DNA of 64,000 bases from Clostridia bacterium (GTDB lineage: Bacteria > Bacillota > Clostridia > Christensenellales > CAG-917), in the NCBI GenBank assembly GCA_900763875.1, contig CAAFLX010000001.1, positions 10,752 through 74,751 of the forward strand, given 5' to 3'. The translations under genes and the position numbers were made by a program. The notes below the pieces were generated by a model. It did no database searches and was not told the origin of the DNA. It saw nothing but the letters and a program-made list of their open reading frames with translations. Shown piece after piece: positions 1 through 13,600 of the stretch; within the stretch, counting starts at the first letter, position 1; the number at the start of each line of letters is the position of its first letter.

Positions 1-65
1 TATCACGCACGCTTGCGTGCATATCACTGCAACGCAGTTGCGCATACCGTGTATAAGTGTGTGGA

Positions 66-1121
66 TTAAAAGCCGAAGTTGCCGGGGGTCATAATAAGAC
101 CGCTGATTAGACTTAAAATTGCGGCGAGAAGGACGACATGGACAACGTAGACGATGAGGGCGTGTTTGCCAAAGAAACAGACTGCTTTTTCGACTGCTTT
201 TGCAATGATTGTCGTGACTTTGCCTGCGCCCAGCATAAAATTGAGGGTGTTTATTGAAAAATCGCGAAGGGATTTTTTGTCCGATTCGACGTTTGCATAG
301 AGGGCGTCGCACGTCTTTTTGTAGAGGGATTTGGCAAGGTCGAAACGCACGAGGGAGAGGCGTTCGTAATAGAATAGCTCGCCGATTAGCACGCCTGCAA
401 AGTAGAAGGCGGTGTAGGGTACGAGGGTGAACAGGTCGCCGGGAGAAAACTCGTATTGAGTGTAGAACAGCGACGGGTTGCCCCAAAAGTCGTAGGGCGG
501 AAAGACGATTGCAAAAATCTTGGGCGTGTCGGCAGGGGGCGTGTAGCAAAAATAGAGGCACAATGTCACGACGATGAGCGCGACGCTTGCAAGTATCATT
601 GCAAGGCGGTTGTCCCTGACAAGAAAGGATATGAGCGCATAAAGGAGCATCGACACGGCAAGGAAATCAAGCACGCCAAAGGCGACGAATACGCCGCTTA
701 TGCCCATTCCGTATTGCGCGATATACGAGCCTAGCGTGTACAGCAGCGCGATGAACAGCAGTTGAAAACCGCGCTTTGCGTTGTTGTGCGAAAAGGTGCA
801 GGATATGCCCGAAATCGAGAAGAAAACAAACAAAACTATCGGGTGAATCACGTCGCGAACGCCGCTTGCGCTGCCGTTGATCCAGTTGTAGCAAAATATC
901 GTGAAAGCGTCGCCCACGCCTTGTTTTGCAAAGCCGACGCCGTACCATTGGTCGCCGAAATAAGAGCCTAGCAAAATCGCCAAATGGTCGAGAATCATAA
1001 GCAGCACGCACAAGCCTCTGAGAAAGTCGATTTCCCAGATTCTTTTGCGTTTGCGCTTTGGCAAAAGCGTGATTTGAACGTCGTCGCCGACGAGAGGATT
1101 TTTCTGCACGGTTTTTTGCAT
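66..1121 (-). CDS. Polytopic membrane protein, DUF1624 / heparan-alpha-glucosaminide N-acetyltransferase-like acyltransferase family
   Basis: 351-aa ORF with many hydrophobic segments. The N-terminal motif RIWEIDFLRGLCVLLMILDHL resembles the DUF1624 signature. It is divergent from the giant gene. No clear SD is visible upstream. Confidence 0.6.
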   Translation of the reverse strand: MQKTVQKNPLVGDDVQITLLPKRKRKRIWEIDFLRGLCVLLMILDHLAILLGSYFGDQWYGVGFAKQGVGDAFTIFCYNWINGSASGVRDVIHPIVLFVFFSISGISCTFSHNNAKRGFQLLFIALLYTLGSYIAQYGMGISGVFVAFGVLDFLAVSMLLYALISFLVRDNRLAMILASVALIVVTLCLYFCYTPPADTPKIFAIVFPPYDFWGNPSLFYTQYEFSPGDLFTLVPYTAFYFAGVLIGELFYYERLSLVRFDLAKSLYKKTCDALYANVESDKKSLRDFSINTLNFMLGAGKVTTIIAKAVEKAVCFFGKHALIVYVVHVVLLAAILSLISGLIMTPGNFGF

Positions 1122-1179
1122 AGGAAGAATATAACATTTATTGATTCGGCTGTCAATCGACGGTGAATTTCTGCAGGAA

Positions 1180-1500
1180 GCGGTGAAAAACGGTGCGGTT
1201 AGATGTGCGAAAAATGTCGAAATTTTAATAAAAGCGGCAAAATTCGAAAATTTGCAAAAAGCGGCGAACGAAAAATTTTTTTTGCGAAATCTATCCGTGT
1301 CAAAAAATTGTCAAAAAACCTCGAAAAAAGCAAAAACCGCAAGATTAGATTGCCAAAAACGCAAGTTTTTTGGCGAAAAAAAGAGATAGTATACAAATTT
1401 TGGCAAATAAAGGAATTTTTGCAAAAACGCGGCGTAAAATATGGTGCAAAAACCGCGTTTTCCGCAACCGGTAGTGGTGCAAAAAAGCACGCACCACTAG
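1180..1500 (+). repeat. A-tract-rich intergenic region with recurring TTGCAAAAA-like motif
   Basis: At least 10 variants of (T)TGCAAAAA / GTCAAAAAA / GGCGAAAAA, e.g. 1252-1260, 1299-1307, 1308-1318, 1351-1359, 1371-1382, 1416-1428, 1443-1454, 1476-1488. Several are spaced about 10-12 bp apart. No credible ORF. Confidence 0.6.
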
Positions 1501-1532
1501 GGATTGTAATCGGCATTCTAATAAGATGAGTA

Positions 1533-1561
1533 TTGACAAAGCGCAAGAAAAACTGTATAAT
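1533..1561 (+). promoter_or_regulatory. Sigma-A type promoter of the giant gene (TTGACA-17 bp-TATAAT)
   Basis: Exact TTGACA at 1533-1538 and exact TATAAT at 1556-1561, 17 bp apart. This is followed by a roughly 60-nt leader and GGAGGA at 1615-1620. Confidence 0.65.
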
Positions 1562-1625
1562 TGGACTGTATAATAATCTACACGTATGCACTACACGCGT
1601 AAGAGCGTACGTTTCGGAGGAGATT

Positions 1626-4600
1626 ATGAGAATGAGAAAGTTATCGCTCGTATTGATGCTCGTGCTGGTTGGCGTGATGCTGTTCGGCATGGTCGCATGC
1701 AATCCGACACAAGGCGGAGGCAACGTTGAAGCACCCGTCATTCCTACGCCGCAACCAGACCCCGACACCCCGAGCAATGCAACGTACATTGGCTCGCAGA
1801 CGGCGTGGAACACGTTGAAAGAAGCGGCTCTTGCAGAGGCCGGCGCAGAAAAAGACAAACGCTACATAAACGTTGACACTGCTTTCGTGCTCGGTTTTGC
1901 AAAAGACGGTTCGGACTCCGTGGTGGTTGCTCGCTTTGCAAGCAAGATCGACAGATCCGACGACAGCAACAGCCAAATCTTGGTTGAAATGCGCAAGATC
2001 AATCGCGAGGCGAACGGCAAGAAATTGGACAAAGACGCCATTTGCGAATTGGCGGCAAAAGGCGAAGGCTCGCTTTTGATGGGTATGTACTACTATCAAG
2101 GCAAGCTCGTCACAGACCTTCGCGGCATCAAGAAAGACGACGGTTTGCACGTGGTGTACACCAACTCCGTCAATATGACCAATTTTGTTGCCAGATTCTC
2201 GGACGCTCTCGACAAGCTCAATCTCTCGTCGCTGTTTTACGACACTCTTATGGGTTATGACATCGGCGGACTCGTCAACAGCCTCATCAAGATAGATTTG
2301 GCGCATTTGACCGTTGAGGAGTTGATTGTCAACGTTCTCTTCGGCGCAAGCAAGAGCACCCTCACCGATTACGGCAACGGGGAGCAACTTTTGCGCATAC
2401 CTTGCGATCTCGGCCTTATCGTGAGCCTTATCCCGATCGTTCAAGGCTTGATTCCCGAAAACATCATCGACCTTGTCAAAGACGTGGTCGGGCTTGATTT
2501 GGGCAAACTCGGCGCACTTGCGGGTATGGCACTCAATCTTGACGCATACATCGTCAACGGCGCGCTCAAGAGCGTCAATTTCGGCATCGACCTCAATCTC
2601 AACTCTTACGGCGTTGAGGGCGTGCAAGAAAAGTATGAAATCTTCCAATCCGAAATCGGAATTTCCATCGGTCACGCCAAAGCTGATTTTGCAGGAACCC
2701 CCGATCTTGACTTGATCAGCAAAGAAAACGGACTTCTCACAACAAAGCGCAACGCGCAAAACCTCGCTTTGAAAGAAGGCGAAAAATCTCTCTATGACAC
2801 CGTTCAAGAAAGCACGGATCACTATTCCTTCCTCACTCTTGACGGCGCGATAACTCTTTCTCTGGATTTCAACAAAAAGACCGTGAAGATCGACGATATT
2901 ATCGGTTCGTTCGGCACGCTCATTTCAGGTCTTCTCGAAAAGAACCTCAAGCCCGAGATGCTCCAAGCTCTCGCCGCACTCTTTGCAAAAGACATCAATT
3001 TCGAGCAAGGAAGGGTGCAAATCACAATCAAGGCTCAAGGTGAAATCAACACTCAAGACGCAACAAAAACAAGGCTCGCCGTCGAGATTCTCGGCAGAGA
3101 CGGCGCAAAACGCGCAACGGCATACTACACCGGTGAAAAAAACGGTGTGTATATCGACGTGAGCGGAATGCTCGGCTCGAACGGCACGAAGTTTAAGATT
3201 GACGACATCAACGTCAACGAATTGCTCGGTCAACTCATCGACAAGTTGTTTGACACCATAAAGGGTGCAATCGACGGTCTCAAGGGCGGAGCAACCACTC
3301 AAAATATCCAAAAAACCCTTGTTGAAAACGGTCAAATCGTCATTCAACACGGCGCGTTCAGCGCGGACGACTCCGAGGGTAGTGTGGACGTGCTTGCTTT
3401 GATAAGCATGATTCTCGATCACGTAAACCTCGATATGGACGGCAATATCTTCAACATCAAGGGACTTGACGTGCAGCTCACAAGAGATTTGATTGACGTC
3501 ATTCTCGGCTTGGTGTTCAAGGGCGAAAACGCAGGCGCAAATATCCCGATTACGGGTGCGGAACTCAAATATACCAACTTCGGCACGTACAAAAACAAGA
3601 ACCTCTCCTTGACGGCAAATCTCGGCGTTGACAACGCCGCTCCGCTCGTTGGAGTGGGGTTGGGAGTCGATCTCCTCTTTGGCAACATCAAAAATCTCGA
3701 CGCTTTCAACGCGACCTTTGACAGGCTCAAAGCAGAGCTTGCCACAAACGAGGGCGCGTATTTGCCCATTCTCAAGAACGGTGCGTTCAACACCGATTTG
3801 CTCCACGTCAATTTGTCCACGGGACTTTCAATCGACGTGAACACGCTCAAGAGCGAACTTGCAAAAATCACCGTGGATATGCCCAACCAAGACGTCGGAA
3901 CGCTTTTCAAGGGCGTGCTTTTGACGGCTTTGATTGAACTTGGCAACATCGACGGCGGTCTCAAACTCGACATCAACGCGGACGTTGACCTTTCGGGCGG
4001 AATCAATGCCGACGCTATCCTCGATTTGGTGCTCAAATCGTCGGCTATGATAAAGATAAGCAGAAAGTCGGACGTCGAAGGCACAAATCCGCTTCTTGCG
4101 CTCTACTTGCAAGACGGTTGGGCGTACCTCAAAGCAGACTTGCTCTGTCTCAACGTCAAGACAATCAAGGTCAACGTCAGAGAACTTCTCGACGCACTTG
4201 GCGTTGGCAGCTCGAACAATCAAGGCAACAATCAAGCTCTCACGGCAGGCGAAGGCGACAACAAGGAAGATAACAAGGAAGACAACAAGGACGAGGGTAT
4301 GGACATCAACAAGGTGCTTGGCTTTGTTGCGGGCATCGTGGACGGTTTCAACCTCGGCAACAACGCGCTTGAAATCGTGCTCGTGTCCAACCTCTTCGAG
4401 CAAGTGCTTTCTATGCTCAACATCGAGGGAGTGAAGATCGAGTTTGCAAGCACCGAATTTGACGGCGGCATTCGCATCGGTCTCAACGACGGGCTTAATT
4501 TGACCCAACTTCAACTCGGCGTGTTTGTGTCCTTGGGCAACAACGTCAACTTCAACGTGGCAATCAACGGTCTGTCCGCAGGCTTGAACGACAAGGCGAC

Positions 4601-7600
4601 AAACTATCTTGTCAACGACAAACAACAAGAAACCGATTATACGGAAATTCTCAAATACCCCTTCCTCGGTCTTGACCTCACGCTCGGTTTGAATCTCGAA
4701 GCCGACCAAGGCTCGAAAGAACTTGTGTTCGGCAAGGGTACGCACTGGAAAAACGACAAGAACGAGTACGTCGAAATCAAAACGACCCCCGTTCCCGACG
4801 GCTATACGGGCAAACTATATTATAAGGATTCAAAGGGTATCTTCAAAGAAGAGAATATAACCAAAGCAACCCTCGCTTTCGACGAGGAAATCGACCTCAA
4901 TTACGAGTTGCGCGTGGCAGGTCAACTTGACCTTTCGCCCATTCTCGACTATTTGTTCGGCGCACCGCAAATCAGCACCAAGGGCAACGTAAGCGAGCTT
5001 TTGGTGGAACTCACCGGCAAGAAATTCGGCGACGATCGCAAGGTGTTGCTCGGACTTTACTATGTGGGCAATTCGCTCTATATCGACGCAAAGAACTTTG
5101 GTTTGGACAAGGTCAGAACGGACGTTGACCTCTATGAGGTCATCCTTTCCTTGCTTGCAAAAGATTCCACGATCAACATCAACGGCGGCGCAAGCTCCGA
5201 GGCGTTGACGGCAGGCACTCCCGACGCAAACGACCAAGCCGCAAGAAAGGCTCTTGCGCTCGATATCATCGCAACGCTTTCTTCGGACAACGTCAAACTC
5301 AAGATTGCAAAGGGCTTGACGGATATCCTGTATCAACTCATCGGCATCGACACCAACGATATGACCGCGTGGGCGCAAATCGCGTGGGCAAACGTCAAGG
5401 ATAAATTCGACAACAAGCCCGTGCGCGTGAAACTCGACGTCAACAACGCCGCAGGCGTGACTTCGGGCAGTGCGGAAATCTACGTCGGCACAACCGTCGA
5501 AAAAGAGGACGGAACAAAACTCGACCCGATCAAACTCACAATCGGCGGCGATTTTGTCGATTCCGTCAAAGTTGTGCGCAACGGCAAAGAAATCAACATG
5601 GCCGAATATTTGCAAAACAGGGACGGCGATATGTTTGACGCAGTCGAATTGTTCAACGACTACGGCGATATCACCTTGCCCAGCGTGTTTGCAGAAATTA
5701 AGGGCACGTTCAAGGTCGGCGCGGACGCAGGCACGAACTCTTGGACTATCGGCGAGTGGATTGCTCAATTCCTCGACAACAGTCAACCCGAACTCAATTC
5801 GTTTATCAGTCAACTTTTGTTGACCTACAAAGTGCCGGTTGCGGCAGGCGCGGAAATCGGATTCCGTATCGCGCTCAACGCACGCCTCAATCCGCAAATC
5901 CCCATTGACTTTACACAAAACGTCGTATTCAAAGAATACGATGCGTCCGAGCTTTCAAATCTCGCGAAATTCGTTGAAGTGTACAAGCTCGTCAAGACCA
6001 AATACACGCTCCTCACCGACGAGGAACGCACCTCGTTCACGGGCAAAGTGTACGTCAAACAATACATTCCGCAAGGCATTGCGTTGACGGAAGTCACCAA
6101 ACTCGACTACAAGGGCGATGCATACTTGCAAGTTGACGGCAACTACGTCAAAGTCAAAGTCACCGAAGAAAACGCGTCGCAATTTGTAAACGACAAGCTC
6201 TTCAGCGCGGCAAACTTCCTCGACATCGCATACATCGCATCTCACAGCGACCTTGCCGTCGAAATCTACAACAAGAATATCAACAACGTCAACAAGGACA
6301 ACCAAGTCGAAAGCACCTTGCTTGCTCTGCGCGTGCAAAATACGGGTGAAAACGGCGCGGGCAAGTCGGTGAGCACGGTCTATCTCGATTTGAGAGACGA
6401 CTTCCACGTCGCACTTGCAAACCTCGACCTCGGCACGCTCATCGGCGGCTTGCTCAACAAGGACAACAGCGGCAACGAGGGCGGCAATGAGGGCGGCTCT
6501 ACCGCGTCTGCCATGGCGGACGGCAACGAGGGCGGCGGCATCGACCTTATGAGCGTCATCGGCTCGGTACTCGGCGGCGTGATAAGCTATATCGGTCTCG
6601 ACTCCAACGGAGTGAAAGTTAACTTTGCAGAGGGTATGATTATCACTCTCGTGCAAATGCTCGCCAACAAGAAAATCGACCCCGAAAAGTTTGTCAAACT
6701 CAATTCGGACAGAAGTTATCTTGCACTTATGTGGAAGTATAACCTCGCTCTCAATCTCCAAATCGACCCCGTGTATCTAGGTCTCGAAATCAGCGAAATC
6801 AACCTCGGTCTTGGCAAAGAAGACGGCGTGATTCCCAAAGACTTCAACACGGACATCTATACGACGGCAGAGAACCTCAACACGCTCTCTCTCAACGTTG
6901 ACCTCGGTCTTAAATTGAAACTCAAAGGTCAAACAGAGGAAGTGCGCCTTGAAAAATACCTTGATTTGTTGATCAAAGACCTCGCCATCAAGCTCGGTTT
7001 GGAAATGAAGGACGATATCACCTACGATATCAACCTCGGCGTCGGCGCAAAACTCGATTTGAAAGAGCCGAACAATAGTAATATCGTTCTTGAAATAAAG
7101 AATAAGATAACAAATAAAAATATAATAGCGGTTTACGTCAAGGGACAAGAGGTATATTTCGACTTCGGCAGCCTCGGCAGAGACCCGTTCTATATCCAAA
7201 ATACCAATATTTGTGAACTTATCGTCAGCAAACTGCTTGAATTGCTCAAAGGCATCGACAAGGCGGCAGGCAGCGGCGCAAGCACGGCTGCGGACGATTC
7301 TATGACCGTCGGCGTTGACGAAAAAATGCAAGTCTTGCTCGATATCGCAGACGGCAAGCTCGGTATGCTCGTGACGCAAAACGTCCTTGTCGGACTCATT
7401 GCGGCACTCACCTCCAAAGGCAACGGCGAGGGTGGCAACAACGTCAATATCGCAGAGATTCTCGAAAAACTCGACCTCGATATCACGGTGGACGTTGATT
7501 TGCAACTCAAACCCAGCCTCCAACTCGGCGTAAATCTCGACAGCAAGCTCCTCGAACTCGGCGTGAGCGTTGACAACCTCGACCTCGCAACGGGCAACAA

Positions 7601-10600
7601 CAGCGACGCGGCAAAGGGCGTTGAACAAAAAACCGAGGCAGGCACGCAAAAGTATGTGGAATTGTCCCCGGCGGAGCAAGCCTCTTACACGGGCAAGAAG
7701 TTCAAACAAGTCGGCGACAAATTCGAGCAGGCAGATGACGGAACATATAGAAGTTATTATGAGGAGCTTACGAGCGCGCACATCGTCACGTTCGACCTCA
7801 GCCTCATCGTGGACTACTATGCGAGCGCAACGTATGAATACGTTGACGACCTCAAAGTGCTTGAAACCTATTCGCCAAAGGATAGATACACCCTCAGCGC
7901 ACACGACAAGAGATTTGTGCAAGACGACAACGGAAGATATATCCGCGCAGGTTTCGCATTCGACGAATTGCTCAACGTCTTGCTCAATATGGACGGATTG
8001 AAAGATATCCTCAACAAGGCCCTGCCGCAAATCCGTATCGATACAAACAACGACGAAGTCCACTTCGAAAAGATTGAAAACGCCTTTACGCTTGGCGATT
8101 TGCTCAAACGTTTCGGGCTCAACCTCTTCATTTCGGACAAGATGGACGACGGCTTCAAACTTGACGTCAACCTCAAACTCAACTTGCAAAAGATGGGTCT
8201 TGAAGATTTGAGCAAGTTTGACGTTAACAACCTCAATCTCAAAACCTTGCTCAACGGCATCGAAGCAAAGATTTGCGTTGACTTCGACTATGAAAAGGTC
8301 GGCGGCACTGCAAAAATCAACCTCTACTTGCTTGACGGCATCGTTTATATGGATATGAGCGGCATCGGCGGGCCGCGTATTCAAGTCGAGTTTATGGAAT
8401 TGCTCAACAGACTCGGCGTGGTGCTCGGCGCAAGCGAATCCGACGCCAAAGTCGCAGACGACGGCACGGGCAAAGACGAGGGCAAAGACGAGGGCAAACT
8501 CGACGCAGGCAAAATTGTCGGCATGATTGTCGAAAAACTCGTGCTTGCCGCAAAACCGTGGGAACTCGGCTCGGCGAGCAACAGAATCGACAATCTCGGC
8601 GTATTTGTGCGCACCAACCTCATCAACGATTTGTTGACGATGGTGCTCAAACAAACCGTAAATTCCGAAAACGTCGTGCTCCAAGAGGGCGAGAGCGGCT
8701 TGTTCCTCTATCCGCAAACGAATATGTTTGAGAAGTTTGGCATCGACAACGCTCTTGCGTTGCAACTCAAACTTGCGTTTGCCAACAAGAAAGACCCGAT
8801 CAAGGACGATAAGGGCAACGATAAACAATATATGGTTGACCTCACCCTCGGTCTTGACGCGAAAATCGACCTCGAAAGCGTTGACACCGACAAGCCGATG
8901 CTCGACAACGACCAAAAAGTCGAGTACGTCTTGCTCAACGATTATATCAATAATATCGTCGAACTCATCGGCGGCATAAGAGGCGAACATTATCAAAGAC
9001 AAACCGAACTTGTAGACAACAGCGTTTACTACGACTTTGTTGAAGACAAAGAGGGCGAATACTTGCTCAAAACGGGTATGTATCGCAAGCCCAACTTCAA
9101 CATCGACGCAAAGGGCAACTACGTCTTTGACGAAACCACAAAAGAGTATAGGCTCATCAAGGACGGCGAAGAACTGCCCGAGGGCACAAAGCGTTTCAGC
9201 AAAGAGGATCTCACAAACGTCAAGATGTATGCAAACCGTATGGCAACCGTCCAAACGGTGCAAGAAACCAACGACAAAGGCGTGACGGTGAGCAATCAAT
9301 ACGCCTACTTCGTCAAAGAGGCAACGGACGGCGCGTGGGCGTTTAACAAGGCAACCAACAAGTTGGTTGCAAGAGAGCTTGCTCCTCAAAGCGACAAATT
9401 CTATACGCTTGTCAATATGACCGTCTCCGAAAAGGATAAAGACGGCAACATCGTGTTCCGCAACGCACTTTCGAGCGAAGTCAAGCTCTATGAGTACAAG
9501 GCGACCACGGACAAATACGAAGACCAAAACATCTCGCTCAGCGTGAGCGGTCTTATCTACTTCAACTCATCAAGTGCAGAAGTCGTCAATGCAGGCGGCT
9601 TGTTGCCCAATGCTTTCCGCGATATGGTCATCAACTTGCAAACCATGTCCGCATTCAACGCAGGCATCGGTTTGAGAGTGTCTGCAAACGTTGACCTTGC
9701 ATCTCTCGACTTGAAAGGACTTGCGGCAGGCGGCTCGTTTGACGATTTTGTCAAGAACAGCGACTTGAACAAGGTTGAACTTGCAATCGAATTTATCGAA
9801 GTTGACGGCGACGGCTACTTTGCAAGATACGACACGCCAAAAGGCAGCAAAGACGGCAACGAAAAGGTGCTTGGCGGTATGTATTTGAGCGGCGGTACGT
9901 TCTATCTCGACCTCACCGGCATGGTGGGCACTGCCGAAAACTACTCCAAGGTTGAAAACTTCGTTGACTTTGCAAAGAAAGTCCTCGACAAATTCAAAAA
10001 GAAAGACGACAACAACAAGAAAGACAGCGGCGCACAAACCGCAAGCGACGCAAAGAGCATCGAAAAGGCAACTCGCGACGCAATCATTATGCTTGCATAC
10101 AGCGACGCCGGCTTCCAAATTCAAATCACAAAAGCGTTGCTCGCTTTCGTACTCTCGGCATTTATGCCCGACCTCGGCTCTTTGGATGAAGTGTTTGACG
10201 TGTTCAACATCTCCTTGGGCGTTGACCTCGGTCAACCCGTCTACAAGAAGATAGCCGACATCGCCGACAAGGCAGAGCGCGACAAGTTTGACAACGAGTA
10301 TAAGAGCGACAGATACAAACTCTACGAAAAAGAAGAATACACCAAAGTCGAAGATAGCGAGCTTGACGTGTGCTACGTCGTTGGCAATGCCTACTACTTG
10401 GCAAAGACGACCAAAGTCTATGAAAAGACCGCCGACGCCTACGGCGAAGGAAAGGTTGTCGAAAACGGCGCGCTCGACACGACAAAGACTTATGCAGTGC
10501 TTGTCAACAACAGCTATCAAGACATCACCTCTACAGTCAAGGGCAAATACGTCCACTCCAACGCAAACTTCTATGCAGAGGCAGAAACCGTCGTTACGCC

Positions 10601-13600
10601 TATCAGCTTGCGCAGTTACAGAATGTATAGGGAAGTTGACGGCAAAGAGGTTGTGACCGACACTTATATCGTTGGCAACACCTACGTGCGCTACAACGGC
10701 AACAAGTGCAACGTCACGAGCTTGCAAAACCGCAAATTCGGATACGTAAAGGACGAAACGGGCGACTACTACCGCACCGTTAACCTCTATTCGGCAATCA
10801 ACGAGTACTATCTCGGTCTTGACGTTGCAATCGGCGCTGTCAATATGGGTCTCAAACTCGGCGGAATCGAACTTGGTTTCGGCGCAGGTCACGACTTGTT
10901 GCCGGCATATATCCGCGACGGCAAGGCACACTCCCGCATCGTTGAAGACGGCGGCAACAACAAGACAATCGAGTATAACGACGAGCTTACCGTTGCAGAA
11001 AAGGCAAACTTTGCCGACGTGCCCACCAATATGTTCTACGACACCATAATTTCGCTCGGTTTCTCGGTGGAATTCGAGCTTGGCGTCACGGAAGGCACGC
11101 TTGACTTCGGCAAGATTTTGAGCGCAATCATAGGCAACCTCACCGGCGTGGTGGTTGAAATGCCCTCTACGACAAAGGGCTATTCCTCCGCGCACTTCAG
11201 ACTTGACGTGTCCTTGATGATTGACATCTACGACCTTACAAAGTGCGAACTCAAGCTCGAACTCTACAACGTCACCGAAACGGGCTACGAGAGCTTGTGG
11301 CTTGGCGCATACTACGTCAACAACACGGTTTATCTCAACCTCGAAGAAGCGTTCAACATCCAAAAGGTTGCAATCGGCGGTCTTAATATCGCTGAAATCC
11401 TCAAGGATTATATCATCGACTTCGAGAACGAAAACTACTTCACGGCAGGCGCGTCTGCAAGCGCGTCCACGGGTGACGCATTCGTGGCAAACGACGCAAC
11501 GGGCAGCGGCGCAGCCGGCGGCATCAACCTCAGCGACAAAGAACTTGCTTTGTCCTTGCTCATCAACAAAGACTTGCTCACCTTGAAACTCGGCAACAAA
11601 CTCTTTGACACAATCCTTGAGTATATCCCCGAAGATTTGCTCGGCTTTGACATCAAACAGTTGTTCTATGACGAAATCAACGGCGGCGTGCAAGTTGAAC
11701 TCAACACTTCTGAAAGCATCAACCTTTCGGTTGACGTCGCGCTCGGTCTTGACGGCGACAGATACAACAAGGTTGACAAAGTGACGCGCGACAATCTTGC
11801 CGAAAACGTCAAGAACAACAGCGGTCAATTCTACGTGTTCAAACAAAGCGATAGCGGCAACTACGTCAAGGAAAGCAACGGCACTTATGCGCGTGCAATC
11901 ACTCCCGATATGAAAGTGGAGGCGACCGACCGCTATGCAAAATACAGAGTGTTCCGTGACGAGGACACCAACAAACTCTACCTCAAAGAAGTTGTCAACA
12001 ACAAACAAGGCGACGGCAGCGAAGTCTACAAGACTTATGAGGCAGGCGTTTTGGGCGATCCTCTTGCAAACGATGACGACGTTTACAAGCTCACTGCGGG
12101 CGCAATTGCCAACAAGTCGTTTGTAAACGACGGCTCGAAGTACGATATGACGCTCACGCTCGGTCTTGCAATCAAGAATCTCAACGTGGCGTTCACCAAC
12201 TCTCGCACCTACGTCCTCAGCGGCGACGAGCTTGCAGAGTACACCAACTTCGACGACGTTGACAGAATCACCATAAACGAAGTCATCGACGTGACAACCC
12301 TCTTCAAGACGGGCAAAGACAACGACATCGATTTGAGCTCGGTGCTCAAAGCGTTCTTGCCAAGCCTCACCGACGAGCAACTTCTCGTCATCAAGGCGCA
12401 ATCGGACAAGGGCGGCGACGTCGAGCGTTCGTTGCAACTCGTTCTCGAAGGCGATATTCAAATTGCGGCACTGCTCAACTTTATGCGCACAGAGCTTGTC
12501 AAGTATGCAGGCGACGACGACCAATTCGACGGCGATATGGACGTTGCCAAAGTGCTTGAATTGCTCAAAAAAGTGTTTGAGTACTTGAAGAAAAACACCG
12601 ACGAGTTGACAAAACTCATTGCGGATATCGCAAGCTACGTCAACCTCAGTGCAAAACTGCAAACCAAGGGCGGCAACGACACCGAATATCACACAATGCT
12701 CGGTCTTTATATGGTTGGCGGTACGTTCACGCTCCTCGATGCGGAGAAGGGCGAACTCGATCCGCTTCACGCAAACTATATCGACCCCAGCGCGAGATAC
12801 GACCACTACTTCGAGACCAAGAGCGGCAGCTACTATCTTGACGAGGCAACCGGCACTTATAAGTACATAACTTCAAACGAATACGCAGGCACGAGATATT
12901 CCTACGATTCAAGTTATTGCTACAAGAACGAAAAGGGCAACTACAAGCGTGAAAACGGCGGTGTGTTCATTGATTTGAGCTACTTCAATATGCCGTCGGT
13001 GCGCGTTGACGCAAACGAAATCCGCAAACTTGTGAGCGGACTCCTTGCAGCAAACGCTCAAGACGCTATGACCGCCGCTGACGACAAGGGCGACAACAAG
13101 GGCGATGACAAGGGCGATGAAGAAAACAAGAAAGACCCGATCACCTTCCCGCTCGTGAAAGACGACACCATCTTGTCGTATATCAGAACGTTTGTCTACG
13201 GCTTGCAAATCACGTCAAGATACGTCAAAGTTCTTGCGCACGCAGACTATATCAACAGCCTCCTCACGTTGCTTATGGGCGAGGACGCTATCCAATTTGA
13301 CAAAAACAGCTTCACAAACAAGCCCAACGTCACGCTCTACACCGACAACACCAGATACTCCTATGCAAAACTCGACGACCTCGTGACAGAGTTTGAGGAG
13401 AATATCAAAAAGTATGATGTCGAGTCGGAAGAGTACAAGCAACTCCGCAGAGATTTGACCGCAACGCTCAACAGATCAAAGAATATGTTTGAGCTTACAG
13501 AGTATTACGGCACAAACTACACAAAGGGCATCTACTACAAGGATAAAGACGGCGCATTCGTGCAAAAGTCCGAGATGTCCGCGTCCGAGCTTGCAGAGTA

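Noticed and set aside
1533-1625. The 5' extension of the giant ORF in the ORF track (MTKRKKNCIIGLYNN...).
   Set aside because: Its first codon is the TTG of the -35 hexamer, and the stretch contains the whole promoter and 5' UTR. The SD-preceded ATG at 1626 begins a proper lipoprotein signal peptide.
1199-1858. A 219-aa reverse ORF, and 60-110-aa ORFs on both strands, across the 1140-1560 intergenic region.
   Set aside because: They span A-tract repeats, the promoter and the start of the giant gene. Their peptides are repeat-driven and lack an SD.
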